Assembly (NCBI GenBank): GCA_964450255.1
Contig: CAYVDY010000001.1
Span: forward strand, 11,039-75,038
Direction: 5' to 3'
Source: an uncultured Candidatus Solibacter sp.
GTDB taxonomy: Bacteria > Acidobacteriota > Terriglobia > Bryobacterales > Bryobacteraceae
DNA length: 64,000 nucleotides
Shown one piece after another: positions 37,984 through 48,578 of this stretch (positions within the stretch are counted from its first letter, which is position 1; each line of letters opens with the position of its first letter). A program made the position numbers and the translations under genes. The notes below the pieces were generated by a model that saw nothing but the letters and a program-made list of their open reading frames with translations, was not told the DNA's origin and did not search any database.

Positions 37984-39498
37984 CTACCTAGGCCCCATCG
38001 GCAGGATCGTCTTCAGAAAGTCCAGAGAACTCCTGACTTGCTTGATTCCTCCGGCAAAGAGCACAACAAGCCAAACGTAAACTGAACAGAACGACGCACA
38101 AAAGAAGATAATCCTCGCCGCATGGGTCTGCAGAGCGCCGGTCGCCAAAACAAGGTACCAGCAGGAAAAGCCAGCGACCAGTGCCGCAATGGCTGGCGAC
38201 CAAACCACTCCAGCTATGTCTCTGAACTTCAGGCCGACCGGACGGCCAGCGTACCAGATCCCGGCAATCCAAAGGAGGCACATCGATCCGGTGTAGCCCC
38301 AAGCCACGCCCTCTGGACCGAAGCGTAGACCCACAGCTACACCTGCGCCAATCACCGTTGTCTCCAAGATGGTCCACCGCGCCATGCGGTCTGCCCGGCC
38401 TAATGAGAAATGAAGCCAAATGTTTGTCGCGTATATTGCGGACATGCCAGCGCTGAGCCCCAGAATGCGCAGAATGTCACCTGAGCGCTGCCACTTGGCC
38501 CCTAACAGAACAGCGACGATGTCGCCACCAGCCGCGACCAGGATAGCGGATGCAGCGAAGCCCACGAAGGCGACGAGTCGCACAACTTTCAGGTATTGTT
38601 GTCTGAAAGGTCCGAATTGTCCTCGGAGTTTCGACAGACTTGACACAGCGACATTGCGGAGGGGTTCAGCCAGAAGACTGGTGAGTACGGCCGCCAGCTC
38701 GAAGGCGTTATGGTACCAGCCGGTGATGATGGGACCGAACCGCCAGCCCAAGAGTGTGCGATCCAGGTTTCTGGCGGTACGCCGGATCATAAAGGAGGCA
38801 ATCGAGTGTCCGCCGAAAACCAGTAATGGCTTTATACCTGCGTGTCTGGAAGGCTTCTGTGGTCTCCAGGGGCATAAGTACCATGCGCCAACCGCAACCA
38901 CCGCTTGATACATCACTTCGCGCAGGACAAGAGACCAATAGGCTGCACCTTGCCACGCCAAGGTAACGGCTCCAACATTGCTTATGATCGCGGCTGCCAT
39001 CGTGAGCTTCGAGACGCCCGCGAAGAGCATCCCTCGCTTCAGGAGCGCGAGATGCTGGGCTGAAAGAGCACCCAGGAGGATGGTGAGCGACCACACCGCT
39101 ATCATTCCCGGCAATCTGGGTTCCCGGAAAAACCGGCTGATGGCAGACGAACTCACCAGCAGGCACGCAGTTACGGCACCGTTGATGCCAAGGTTCACCC
39201 AGAACAATGAACTGATCTGTCTGTCTGTGAGTTTCGGCGCTTGAATGACTGCGTCGCACAAGCCCAAGTCCATGAAGATAAGCAGGCCACCCAACACGGC
39301 CGCTAATATTGCGTAAAGGCCGAAGTCCTCCGGGTTGAGTAGGCGTGCCAGCACGATGGCTGACAGAGTACGAATCACGGTCGAGATTGCCTGGGCTAGC
39401 AGAGACCAGATCCCGCCGCGGACCGCCGCTGTTCCGAGGCTGTCCTGCGAGGACACTCCCCAGACGTCAGGTTCACTTACGATGCTTTTCGATGTCAC
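37984..39498 (-). CDS. wzx: Polysaccharide flippase (WzxC-like)
   Basis: VLARLLNPEDFG, DLGL..AVIQ, SSLFWVN; about 12 TM helices. Confidence 0.9.
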   Translation of the reverse strand: MTSKSIVSEPDVWGVSSQDSLGTAAVRGGIWSLLAQAISTVIRTLSAIVLARLLNPEDFGLYAILAAVLGGLLIFMDLGLCDAVIQAPKLTDRQISSLFWVNLGINGAVTACLLVSSSAISRFFREPRLPGMIAVWSLTILLGALSAQHLALLKRGMLFAGVSKLTMAAAIISNVGAVTLAWQGAAYWSLVLREVMYQAVVAVGAWYLCPWRPQKPSRHAGIKPLLVFGGHSIASFMIRRTARNLDRTLLGWRFGPIITGWYHNAFELAAVLTSLLAEPLRNVAVSSLSKLRGQFGPFRQQYLKVVRLVAFVGFAASAILVAAGGDIVAVLLGAKWQRSGDILRILGLSAGMSAIYATNIWLHFSLGRADRMARWTILETTVIGAGVAVGLRFGPEGVAWGYTGSMCLLWIAGIWYAGRPVGLKFRDIAGVVWSPAIAALVAGFSCWYLVLATGALQTHAARIIFFCASFCSVYVWLVVLFAGGIKQVRSSLDFLKTILPMGPR

Positions 39499-39922
39499 TG
39501 CAGCTGTTCTTTGTTCGCAGGCCTAGGTATCTTCCCGAGGCGCCGTTCCGTGGGGAGTCTGGATCCAGACAAGTACCTAGTGTGCCAGTCGGATATAACG
39601 GAATTCCAGGTTTGCCGCAACAGCTAATGCGCGCCGCGGTATATGCGCTCTGCTACCACCAACTCCGCGTCAGGTACTTGGTCTATGGTATGCCGCATTG
39701 ACATCGCTTGCCAGGATGAGCTCATCGCCAGACCTTTTAGGTGGGGCGTAGCACATCTTCATCTCGCGCTGGCCCGAGCCACTAGATCCTAGGTATCTTC
39801 GTCCCATTCTCAATCACTCAAACTGCATGACACAAAATCTGAATCCTTGTCGTGTTGCGGCACCTTGCCCTTGACAAGCAGCACCCGTCCCTTGCTCCTG
39901 TTCTGTGAACCGTGGACAGCAC

Positions 39923-41104
39923 TCAAATGGGCCTAGAGCCGACGTGGGCAAATCGCGCCTTCATGCGGAGAAATGGACTCTCCAGGTATCTGTAAGATAA
40001 GAACGCGATAACAAATGTAACAACAAGCCCGATACACGCGTGCAATACATACCTCACTATCCCATCACCCAATGTAGCTGGCAGCATTTTGGACGCAAGT
40101 TTCAGACCCAGCGAATGCACAACATATAAGCCATATGATATCTTACCAAGAAACAACACCGCACTGTTACACAAATAGTAACTGCGTATACCGATGAAGC
40201 CTACCAAAAGAAAGATGCTAAAGATTGCGACTAGAGGCCGTCCAACAAGCGTACCTAGTCCGTTCACGGTTTCGTTATTCAAGGGGTACATGCCGCAGTA
40301 CATTCCTACCAACACCATTCCTGTTACACTCGACAGAATAAGTAGAGTTCGCACGGCGGTGCCCACTTGGGGCAAACGATCCGCCATCAGAGCCAATAAT
40401 ATTCCCAAAGCAATAGGATCAAGTCGCATGAGTGTGCTGAACTCTAGGTTCCGTTGAGATGTTCCCATTACGATGAGAGCAAACCGCGTTGCAGAACTCA
40501 GGCCCAGCAATCCCCAAGCTAACTTGGCGATCATTTCACGGGACGACTTACGTACGACAAGAGGCCAAAGCAAATAAAACTGCTCTTCTATGGAGACGCT
40601 CCAAAGAGGCACGGCAATCGAGCCGAGAGGTATTCCATGAAGTACGTAAATCCAGTTTCCCGCCATAAGGGCAAATCCTATTACGTATTCAGTGCCCAAG
40701 CGATGATGGGATTGCAGAGTGAGTCCGACACCGTATGCGATCAGGATAAAAGTGAAATATAATGGCCAGATACGCAAGATCCGTCTTGCATAGAAACTCC
40801 GAACGTCGAGCTTTCCCGTCGTCTCTACCTCGCGAAGCAGTAAGGTGGTGATCAAGTAGGCGGATAGCGCGAAGAATAGATCCACGCCACAAGCGCCCGA
40901 CGCAAGTGCGCCCGAGAAGATCGCTGCGAGGCTTGCTGGAACACCTTGGGAAGTGTAGAATTCCGGATCGCGAGGAATAGAGTGAAAGATAAAGACGCCC
41001 ATGAAGGCGACAAAACGGAGGGAATCCAACTCCGGTTGATAGAAGGTCGTTTTTTTTGGCGTCCAACTCACAATACTCGCAGTTGGCTCTAGTTTATCTG
41101 TCAT
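39923..41104 (-). CDS. Acyltransferase 3 (OafA-like O-acyltransferase)
   Basis: LDSLR, GVDLFFALSAYLI, FYARRILRIWPLY, LWSVSIEEQFY, GKISYGLY, SYRYLESP. Confidence 0.92.
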   Translation of the reverse strand: MTDKLEPTASIVSWTPKKTTFYQPELDSLRFVAFMGVFIFHSIPRDPEFYTSQGVPASLAAIFSGALASGACGVDLFFALSAYLITTLLLREVETTGKLDVRSFYARRILRIWPLYFTFILIAYGVGLTLQSHHRLGTEYVIGFALMAGNWIYVLHGIPLGSIAVPLWSVSIEEQFYLLWPLVVRKSSREMIAKLAWGLLGLSSATRFALIVMGTSQRNLEFSTLMRLDPIALGILLALMADRLPQVGTAVRTLLILSSVTGMVLVGMYCGMYPLNNETVNGLGTLVGRPLVAIFSIFLLVGFIGIRSYYLCNSAVLFLGKISYGLYVVHSLGLKLASKMLPATLGDGIVRYVLHACIGLVVTFVIAFLSYRYLESPFLRMKARFAHVGSRPI

Positions 41105-41409
41105 GTGATCTTAGCTCTTGGCCGTCCTAGCTGATGCGCAGAAGTTCCTTGAGTTGACCGGAGCCATGGTACCCTCGATCTCGCCTTGGATTCTACGTCA
41201 CTTACGGTACTGCGCATCCTCGCTCCTCAACCTGCCTGAGCAGTCATGGCATAATCCAAATCCGCGTGGACTGCCTGGGGCCGTGTGTCACTCCATCGAC
41301 CGAAGTCGCCAAGTTGTTCTGACTGCTGAGGGTCCGAAATTCATGTCCTTTTTTGAGACCTCACTTGGACCGCTCTGAACGATTGTCGGGTGCGCGTCAA
41401 TCGCTCGCC

Positions 41410-42330
41410 TCAACTGATGTACTTGTCACCGACAAAGTCAATTCCGCAGATCGCGAGCAGCCTTCCAAGATGGTCGAAGGTCTTCACGAGATACGTCACG
41501 AAAACATGGGAACCCATCATCAGGCACAAAGGCAGTGAGATAGCATATAGTGGCACGGCGATAACTGACTTGAGGATTTCTCGGCAACGATTCTCAGGTC
41601 CCCTGAGCGACATCTTTCCTCGTAACAACGCCCGACGAAGTTGAAAACTCACTCGCGTACGTTCAGGAGTCACTGGTTCGTGGCACACTGCCTTCGCGGA
41701 CCAAACGAATACCCGTCCCTGTGCCATGGCCCGACGAAAGAGATCCCGATCTTCACCACCGGCGCCGAACTCAGGCCGAAACGGCCCGTCCAAGTCCTTC
41801 AGAACCTCTCGCCTTATAAGCGCATTGCCCATACCCGCCGCACTCCAGTGAATGACTTCGCCAGTCTCGAAGGACTGGCGCTGGAATACCCCCCCTCTGA
41901 CTGCCCAGGTTGGAGCATTCGCCTTGAACGTTGGGACGACAGGACCCACTACACCATCGGCGGAGTATCTAACGAGGGCGTCGTAGAGCAAGCATAGCCA
42001 GTCGCTCGATGGCTCTTCGTCATCATCTATAAACGCCACTAGTTCACCTGATGCCCTGGCCACGGAAGCGTTTCGCGCAAGCGCAATGTTCTGTCGTGGC
42101 TCAACGCTGTAGGTGATGGGAACGCTCGATCGTTCGGCCCACGAGTCCACAATAGGCCGCGCTGACTCCAGCGAGTCGTTGTCCACGACGACGATCGAAA
42201 ACCGAAACAGACCCTTGGTCGCCTGCTGATCAAGGCATTGGAGAAGTTGCCCCACCTGCCCCGGCCGTTTGTATGTGCAGAGGCAGACCGAGATTTCCGG
42301 TGGGGTCTGTGTCCCAGCGTTAGTTATCAT
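41410..42330 (-). CDS. Glycosyltransferase family 2 (ExoM-like)
   Basis: SVCLCTYKRP, VVVDND, NIALARN, AFIDDDE, GGED. Confidence 0.9.
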   Translation of the reverse strand: MITNAGTQTPPEISVCLCTYKRPGQVGQLLQCLDQQATKGLFRFSIVVVDNDSLESARPIVDSWAERSSVPITYSVEPRQNIALARNASVARASGELVAFIDDDEEPSSDWLCLLYDALVRYSADGVVGPVVPTFKANAPTWAVRGGVFQRQSFETGEVIHWSAAGMGNALIRREVLKDLDGPFRPEFGAGGEDRDLFRRAMAQGRVFVWSAKAVCHEPVTPERTRVSFQLRRALLRGKMSLRGPENRCREILKSVIAVPLYAISLPLCLMMGSHVFVTYLVKTFDHLGRLLAICGIDFVGDKYIS

Positions 42331-42653
42331 GAAGGTGTGACCTCGAATGGCTGTCTATTACACACTGTCCGGCGTGGGGAATAGGTAATCAGACCGAAAC
42401 AACCCGGGGTGAACTGGTGCTGAGCGAGTCGATAATCACGAAGGTCGTCGCGCTGGTCACAGCCAGAGAGTGGAGGGGAATCGGGGCGGGCAAACGTTTT
42501 TCACGGCTTTCAATAAAGCCCGGTGCCAGCGTTCAGGGCCTGCCCGGTACCCATGTGTGTTGGCGGCGGGATCTCGGCCATCACGAGTTCACCGATGTTC
42601 AAATTCTGAAGGGCTAGTTACATGAAGCTATGGGATGCAGCGCGGCCTAACTG

Positions 42654-43925
42654 TCACGCTATCCGTTCCGTGGCGGGGTTGTCCACGCAGCTATTGGCGG
42701 CGCCAATGTAGTTGGACGGCCCGCCCATACCCCGTCCGCGCCCGCCAACTTCCGCCCAAGCCTGCTTCACGCAACTCGCGATCCGCTCGACATCGGCGGC
42801 ACTGAGAGCGTGGTGGCAGGGAATCACAAGCACCGTGCGCGCGATGCGCTCTGCATTGGGGCAATCGCCAGTGTAACCGTAATACGTCGCTGCTATGGAG
42901 GCAATGGATTTGTATGGGCTGGAGGTACTAATCCCGTGGTCTCGCAAACGCGCTGCCAGCCGGTCACGCTGTTCCGAGGTTGGAACGAGCAGCGGGTATT
43001 GAAGCCGGTTGTACATCGCGCCAGGCGGCTCCGAACAGAGCATTGTTGGGTCAACGGCCAGGTTCCGCGAGTAGTAATCGGCGTTCGCTCGCTGTTTGTC
43101 AATCCACAGGCCAAGAAGCGGAAGACGTCGGACCGTCACGGCACGGTCAGTTTCATAGATCTGTTGCAGCACTATGGGCGACTGCGATTTGTAGCTGACC
43201 CTTTCACTGTAGGCGGCCCACAGTCGAGTCCCTACCAACCCCCAGAGCGGTTTGCTGCGGAGTTGTGAGCGCATGTACGTAGTTGCGATGTGCACAAACT
43301 CATCAGCTCGGGTCGGGGCAGGAAGCCCGCGGACGAGTTCTTCGAGTCGAGAATTGAAACCAGTCTGGCTGGAGTAGACCGCTCCACCCTCACCCACCGA
43401 AAGGTACTTTCCGGATCGAAAACTGAAAGCGGCGATTTCGCCAAAGGAGCCGACGGGACGGCCGTCAAATCGAGAACCCAACGCCTGAGCGCAATCTTCA
43501 ATGAATGGTCGGCCGGGCGCCGCTTCACGTAACTTGACGATATCGCACAGGTTTCCAAACATGTGGGCCGCTATGACCGCGTCCACTGCGGAGCTTTTCG
43601 CGGCAAGATCGGCTGTGGAAAGACAATAGGTATCCGGATCGACATCAATGAAGCGGGGACGATGACCAGCAGCCTCGATCGCCTTAAACACGACGGGACA
43701 ACAGTAAAGGGGGACGCCAACCGAGGCATTTGGAGGCAAGGCAAGGGCCTTCAGTGCCAGCACAATCGCGGCTCGGGCTGAGCGCACACCGATCGACGAA
43801 CCCAACCCGGAGATGCGGATATCACTCCGAGTATCAGGGTGTCGCGAAGACAAAGCCGCACGCAGGCCCCGCATCGCGTCAACCGGACCGTAGTCCCAGA
43901 GTTCATTGGGCAGTAGGGTGAACAT
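42654..43925 (-). CDS. DegT/DnrJ/EryC1/StrS family PLP-dependent protein
   Basis: HMFG, IEDCAQALG, FSFRSGKYLSVGEGG. Confidence 0.85.
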   Translation of the reverse strand: MFTLLPNELWDYGPVDAMRGLRAALSSRHPDTRSDIRISGLGSSIGVRSARAAIVLALKALALPPNASVGVPLYCCPVVFKAIEAAGHRPRFIDVDPDTYCLSTADLAAKSSAVDAVIAAHMFGNLCDIVKLREAAPGRPFIEDCAQALGSRFDGRPVGSFGEIAAFSFRSGKYLSVGEGGAVYSSQTGFNSRLEELVRGLPAPTRADEFVHIATTYMRSQLRSKPLWGLVGTRLWAAYSERVSYKSQSPIVLQQIYETDRAVTVRRLPLLGLWIDKQRANADYYSRNLAVDPTMLCSEPPGAMYNRLQYPLLVPTSEQRDRLAARLRDHGISTSSPYKSIASIAATYYGYTGDCPNAERIARTVLVIPCHHALSAADVERIASCVKQAWAEVGGRGRGMGGPSNYIGAANSCVDNPATERIA

Positions 43926-43941
43926 AAGATTGCGATCGCTC

Positions 43942-44988
43942 TCAGCTTCCGACCTTGACCACGTAGTCTTTCAATCGAAGCCTTTCCCGGTCCACGATGT
44001 CCCCGCCTCTGAGTACTCGGACGCCGAGGGAGTAAGCCCATGCCCGTCGCGGCCGGAGAGAGTACTTCCACATGTAGCCCTCTGCAAGCGTGGCACCAAA
44101 ACGTTTCTTTAACTGATTGATGGACTCTTGCTTCGATCCCTTTGTCGGGTTGATTCGGGCCCCTAGGAAGTCGAATCTTCGAACACCGATATTTCGGAAA
44201 AGGCGAATCGCTTCCCAATACAGCAACTTATTCGCCCCTTGGTGCTGCTGATCGACATTGCCGGCATAGATGGCATAGGCGCACGCCTGGCTGAAGCCAA
44301 AGAGGCAATAGGTTTGTACAAGTCCTTGATATTCCGCCGCGAACAGCTTGGCGTGCTCACCGAGACCAAGGACGAACCGCCTGAAGGCGCCACGGTCCAT
44401 GAAGCTGAGCTTGGAGCGGCCAAACGTCGTGCGGATGAGTTCGTATGCAGGCTCAAGAAGTTCCACTCCCTCCCGAATTACGACGCCGTCTTTTATGGCC
44501 GTCCCGATATTCTGCCTGGTGATTCGCCCAATCTTCTTCCACAGAACGTCTTCTGAATCCAGCAAGTCAATCACATAGCTGCCGTAGGGAGCGGAGTCCG
44601 CGCCGTCCGGGTAGGTACGAAACAGCGCGTTGTTGGTCGCAGGAATGATCACGTCGGTGCGGATCTTCCGGAAATACTGCACCACACTGTTCAGGAAGGA
44701 CTTCTCTTCGAGCACATCCAGACCGACTCCGTAGGGAATCGTCTCAACCCGGAACCGTACCATGCGCAAACCGAGTTTACGCACGATCGTGTAGGGCAGG
44801 ACACACCGCAGCGTTCCAGCGTCATCTATACCACCCAGCCATCCATATTCGTCACCCACCGCGCTGAGGAACTCCTCTTTAGCGAAGACCGGGAGGCTCG
44901 GATCCCACTGGATCTTGATAGGCTCCGCCCTGATCGCAGAGTGTACGACGACGGGAGGCGGCGGCAAAAAGTGAGGATCTAGCTGCAT
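43942..44988 (-). CDS. FemAB-like GNAT family protein
   Basis: YVIDL..SEDVLW, ANKLLYWEAI, RFDFLG, LKKRFG. Confidence 0.78.
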   Translation of the reverse strand: MQLDPHFLPPPPVVVHSAIRAEPIKIQWDPSLPVFAKEEFLSAVGDEYGWLGGIDDAGTLRCVLPYTIVRKLGLRMVRFRVETIPYGVGLDVLEEKSFLNSVVQYFRKIRTDVIIPATNNALFRTYPDGADSAPYGSYVIDLLDSEDVLWKKIGRITRQNIGTAIKDGVVIREGVELLEPAYELIRTTFGRSKLSFMDRGAFRRFVLGLGEHAKLFAAEYQGLVQTYCLFGFSQACAYAIYAGNVDQQHQGANKLLYWEAIRLFRNIGVRRFDFLGARINPTKGSKQESINQLKKRFGATLAEGYMWKYSLRPRRAWAYSLGVRVLRGGDIVDRERLRLKDYVVKVGS

Positions 44989-45998
44989 ACCCTACCTGAA
45001 GTGGAGAATCGTGAGTCGTGACAGAGCAGGCGCGAGAATGTCGTCACTGCGATGTCGCGGCGTTGGAGAAACTCGAGAATCCGCTGGATCGACGTAAGAT
45101 CCACGAGGTCCTTCGAATGCCCAATCGCCACGACCGGTCTTCGCGCTTCCTGCTGACCCTGCGCTTCTTCGAGGGCCTCTTCGATGGTCGTACGCATTTC
45201 ATCGAAGGTCATTCGACAGAAGTCCAGCTTGCGAGGATAGCGGAAGCGGAGGAAATCGCGCCAGTGCCGCGAAATCGGAGTCCCGGTGCCGGCGTTGGTC
45301 GCCTTCTTTTGGAGTTTGAGCCGCTTACTGCCCAGCATTGCCCAAAACGGCACCATCTGCGCATAAATTGGGATCTCCCAAAGCGAACCGTGGGGGTCAG
45401 GTACGTTCACGTCACTGCTAAAACGCCAGAAACCGCCGTTTGCGCGCGCCGGCCGGTAGTCCAGCCCCAAGCGATTTGCCCAACCGCCCTTGAAAACGGA
45501 TGAGTCCAGTTCGATGCCGTGACGTGCCAGCACCTCTGCTACCACTGCAGTGGGCTGCATCAGCCAGGAACCGGCCCGAAACGATAGCGGGGTGAAAGTC
45601 GGGTCGTTCAGGCAGTCACGCAGGTAGGAGATTGCCGCCGAGATGATGACCTCGGCCCGGACTGAATCCAGCGTGCAGATGTTCTGCTCACGCCAATCCA
45701 GGCGCCACTGGCCATTCTCATACCTCGCGTTGGCCCACCACGGATGAAGGTGAAGAGCGATTTCGTGGCCAGCCGAACGCAGTTCGCGCAGCTGCGCCCG
45801 CACTCCGGCAGTGTCGGGATCAGACTGGAACTCCTCCATCCTGGCAAATTCCACGGCCTCTGCGAAAACGACAAAAGGTGCGCCAAACTCCTGAAAAACT
45901 TCCTGCAACTGCCGCGTCGGGTCGAGCACCAGATCCCGCAACGAACCTTCCCCGTTGCCGTAGATCTCGTAGTCCAGCGTGAAGACGCACTCAATCAT
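44979..45998 (-). CDS. Polysaccharide deacetylase-like protein
   Basis: FTLDYE, GHEIALHLHP, SFRAGSW, DSS, IGHSK. Confidence 0.8.
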   Translation of the reverse strand: MIECVFTLDYEIYGNGEGSLRDLVLDPTRQLQEVFQEFGAPFVVFAEAVEFARMEEFQSDPDTAGVRAQLRELRSAGHEIALHLHPWWANARYENGQWRLDWREQNICTLDSVRAEVIISAAISYLRDCLNDPTFTPLSFRAGSWLMQPTAVVAEVLARHGIELDSSVFKGGWANRLGLDYRPARANGGFWRFSSDVNVPDPHGSLWEIPIYAQMVPFWAMLGSKRLKLQKKATNAGTGTPISRHWRDFLRFRYPRKLDFCRMTFDEMRTTIEEALEEAQGQQEARRPVVAIGHSKDLVDLTSIQRILEFLQRRDIAVTTFSRLLCHDSRFSTSGRVCS

Positions 45999-47220
45999 GG
46001 GCCCTCCGCGCGACCCCTTCCGATTGCGCGCCGGCTTCCAGAAGCGCGGCCACGGCCAGAAGCATCCACGCCTGGGACCATCTCATGTAGGACGTCCGGA
46101 TGGTACACGACCGCAGGATCCGGTAGTAAAAGAACCCCCGATCATCCCACATGTGATCCACGGCCCATCGGAGCACGGAGTGCGCCGGCGCGAGGCTACC
46201 GGGGGCCAGGTCTTTCAGCTCCACCAGGGTGAGTACGCTCTGAGCCACGCAGTGGATGTCGATGGGGTAGTTGCGGTCATGGAAGTATCTGACTGCGCCG
46301 TTCTCTCGAAAGAACCGATTGCGGTAGAACTCGAATCCACGCCGGAGGACCGAGTCGAACTCCGTTGTCCCGGCGCAGCGAGAAATGGTCTGCAACGCGC
46401 AGAGATTGTACCCGGTGTGAAAGTTATCGATCCAGCGCTGCGATGGCGCCTCGCCGTAGTGCCACGAGCCATCCGGCTGCTGCTTTGCCGCCGAGTAGCG
46501 GGCGATCCGAAGTGCGGGCAGTAGGTATCGTTCCTCGTTTGAGTGCTTGTAGGCGCGGCACAACAAGGCGGCCGCAAGGAAATTTGCGTTGTGGACCTGA
46601 CCGCGCAGCGACGGGAGAGGATAGCTGAAGCCTTCCGCACCGTTTTCCGCCCAGTAGAGCACGTTCAAAATGTAATCTACCGCGCTCATCGCCATAGTCA
46701 GACACTGCGAATCCCGCCCCTGCTCATAGGCGTCCAGCAGCGCGTTAGCGGCGAACGACGTGGAGACCAGGTTCGGCGAACCCGTGGGCACCACGATGCT
46801 ACGCGTCTGCCAGGGGAAGTTGTATCCCCAGCACCAATAGTCCGTGCCTGGGGATCGGAGAACTCGCAGGCGCTCAATCATGAGGTCGATATCGGTCCCA
46901 TGGCCGGTTGCGCTGATAGCGTCGAGTTTGAGGAACGCGGAGAGGAAGAGAGCGATGGCTTTGGGATTCTGGGTCTTCGGGATCTGGAGCAGCCCGCGAA
47001 GGTTGATGGGGCTCCGCTTCAGGGCTTGTGTGAAGACGATCCGCGGAATGCGGTGGTCCAGGAACGGAAGGGTGCGGAAGATGGGGCTGTTGAGCGCATC
47101 GTAAGGATCGTGACCGGCCCAGTTGTTCGCGCGACAGTAGGCCAGCAGCTTCTCCAGCACTGTCTCAAGAACAGGTTCGGAGGGGGGGGCGAGAGGTGGC
47201 GCCATGCTAGTCGATTTCAT
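45991..47220 (-). CDS. Conserved EPS-cluster protein, alpha/alpha-toroid glycosidase-like
   Basis: GHDPYDALNS, WGYNFPWQ, VHNAN, WIDNFHTGY, YMRWSQAW. Confidence 0.7.
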   Translation of the reverse strand: MKSTSMAPPLAPPSEPVLETVLEKLLAYCRANNWAGHDPYDALNSPIFRTLPFLDHRIPRIVFTQALKRSPINLRGLLQIPKTQNPKAIALFLSAFLKLDAISATGHGTDIDLMIERLRVLRSPGTDYWCWGYNFPWQTRSIVVPTGSPNLVSTSFAANALLDAYEQGRDSQCLTMAMSAVDYILNVLYWAENGAEGFSYPLPSLRGQVHNANFLAAALLCRAYKHSNEERYLLPALRIARYSAAKQQPDGSWHYGEAPSQRWIDNFHTGYNLCALQTISRCAGTTEFDSVLRRGFEFYRNRFFRENGAVRYFHDRNYPIDIHCVAQSVLTLVELKDLAPGSLAPAHSVLRWAVDHMWDDRGFFYYRILRSCTIRTSYMRWSQAWMLLAVAALLEAGAQSEGVARRAHD

Positions 47221-47340
47221 GTGTGAATCAGAGGAGAGCGCTCATCAGCCGCGGCTGAAGGCGTTGGGTTCGGCGAACGGCACGATGGACACCATCCAGC
47301 AAGCGGCGGCCACCCGAGCGACATCTTCCAAGGGTTCCGG

Positions 47341-48405
47341 CTAGGGGTTGATGAGCGCCTCGACGTGCTCGACTATAGAGTGCAGCGCCTGCCTGGGCGC
47401 CATGTGAGCGTCAGCAGGACGGCTGCGGCGGGTGAGGTTGAGTTTGCTGCGCACATCGTCGGGGCTCTCCAGCAGGGTGAGCCGGCCGTTGTCGGCCAGA
47501 TAGTGGTCAACCGCGCCGATGGTTCCCCGGAAGATGCTGTAGACGGGGACACCCAAGGCGGCGGCTTCGCGGTTCATGGTGCCTCCTCCGCTGATGACGA
47601 GATCGGAGTACCACATCAGGTTCAGTCCATCCACCGCGTGTCCAGGGATGATCATCCGCTGGTCGGCGAAGAGTTGCGGCCAGGAGGCACGAATGGCAGA
47701 GGCCTGGCGCTCATTGCGGGGCACCAGTACGATCTTCGTATTGTTTGAACGTGACAAAACCTCGATCACCGTATCGAAGAGGGCTTCGCTTTCCGGATTG
47801 TGATAGTGAGCCTCGTTTGCCGGCGGGCGGACTGTCACAATGAGGTGGCCGTCAGTCAATCCAAGGTCTGTGAGGATGGCAGGATCGGGCTTGAAGCTCG
47901 GGACGTAGACATCCTCCTTGATCCCCGGGTATTTCAGGAGCTTTCCTCCGAAGTCGAGACTGGAGTCCGGGATTACTTCAGGAACCATCACCCACGTGGG
48001 TGCGAAGCCAGGTACAGACTTGGCGAATTCGTAGTCCACAATCACGAGGGAGGGCACTCGCGCCACGTTGGCGGCCAGCATCTGCGAGCGGGAGCCATGG
48101 GATACGGCCAGATCCGGCTTTTCCCTCAGGGCAATTGGAAGAAGCTGCAGGGACCGGTAGGTTGTCCCGAAAGCCTTCATTATTTTGTGTTTGCCGTAGT
48201 GCCGTCCAATGCGCAGGTACTTGAGTTGGAAGAGGTCGGCCAGGCTGCAGACTTGAAAGCAATCGCGCGCCGTCAGGAACACCGAGTAGCCGCGCCTCTC
48301 CAGTTCTTCCATAATTGGCGCGAAGAATGGGACGTGCGGCGTGTTGTCTAGATCGATCCAGATCTTCTTTCGCTTCGTCGATACCGGCGGGCTTGGAGCT
48401 TTCAT
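47341..48405 (-). CDS. DUF354 family protein (GT-B fold)
   Basis: KIWIDLDNTPHVPFF, IGRHYG, YPGIKEDVY, ISGGGTMNREAAALGVP. Start probably at 48405. Confidence 0.85.
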   Translation of the reverse strand: MKAPSPPVSTKRKKIWIDLDNTPHVPFFAPIMEELERRGYSVFLTARDCFQVCSLADLFQLKYLRIGRHYGKHKIMKAFGTTYRSLQLLPIALREKPDLAVSHGSRSQMLAANVARVPSLVIVDYEFAKSVPGFAPTWVMVPEVIPDSSLDFGGKLLKYPGIKEDVYVPSFKPDPAILTDLGLTDGHLIVTVRPPANEAHYHNPESEALFDTVIEVLSRSNNTKIVLVPRNERQASAIRASWPQLFADQRMIIPGHAVDGLNLMWYSDLVISGGGTMNREAAALGVPVYSIFRGTIGAVDHYLADNGRLTLLESPDDVRSKLNLTRRSRPADAHMAPRQALHSIVEHVEALINP

Positions 48406-48578
48406 GTGGCGCGGCTTTGATGGATGCGGCGGGAATGGTCTCGTTTCGGCGCGAGACGGATGGTTCGCGATGGCCGATCGGAAACCATCGATTGGATTGT
48501 CACACGAGCAGTGATGGCAAGTCGAGGGGGCTTGTGTCGGCGGCGACGCCAATGCCCCCGGGAAGTCGGGACTGGCCT

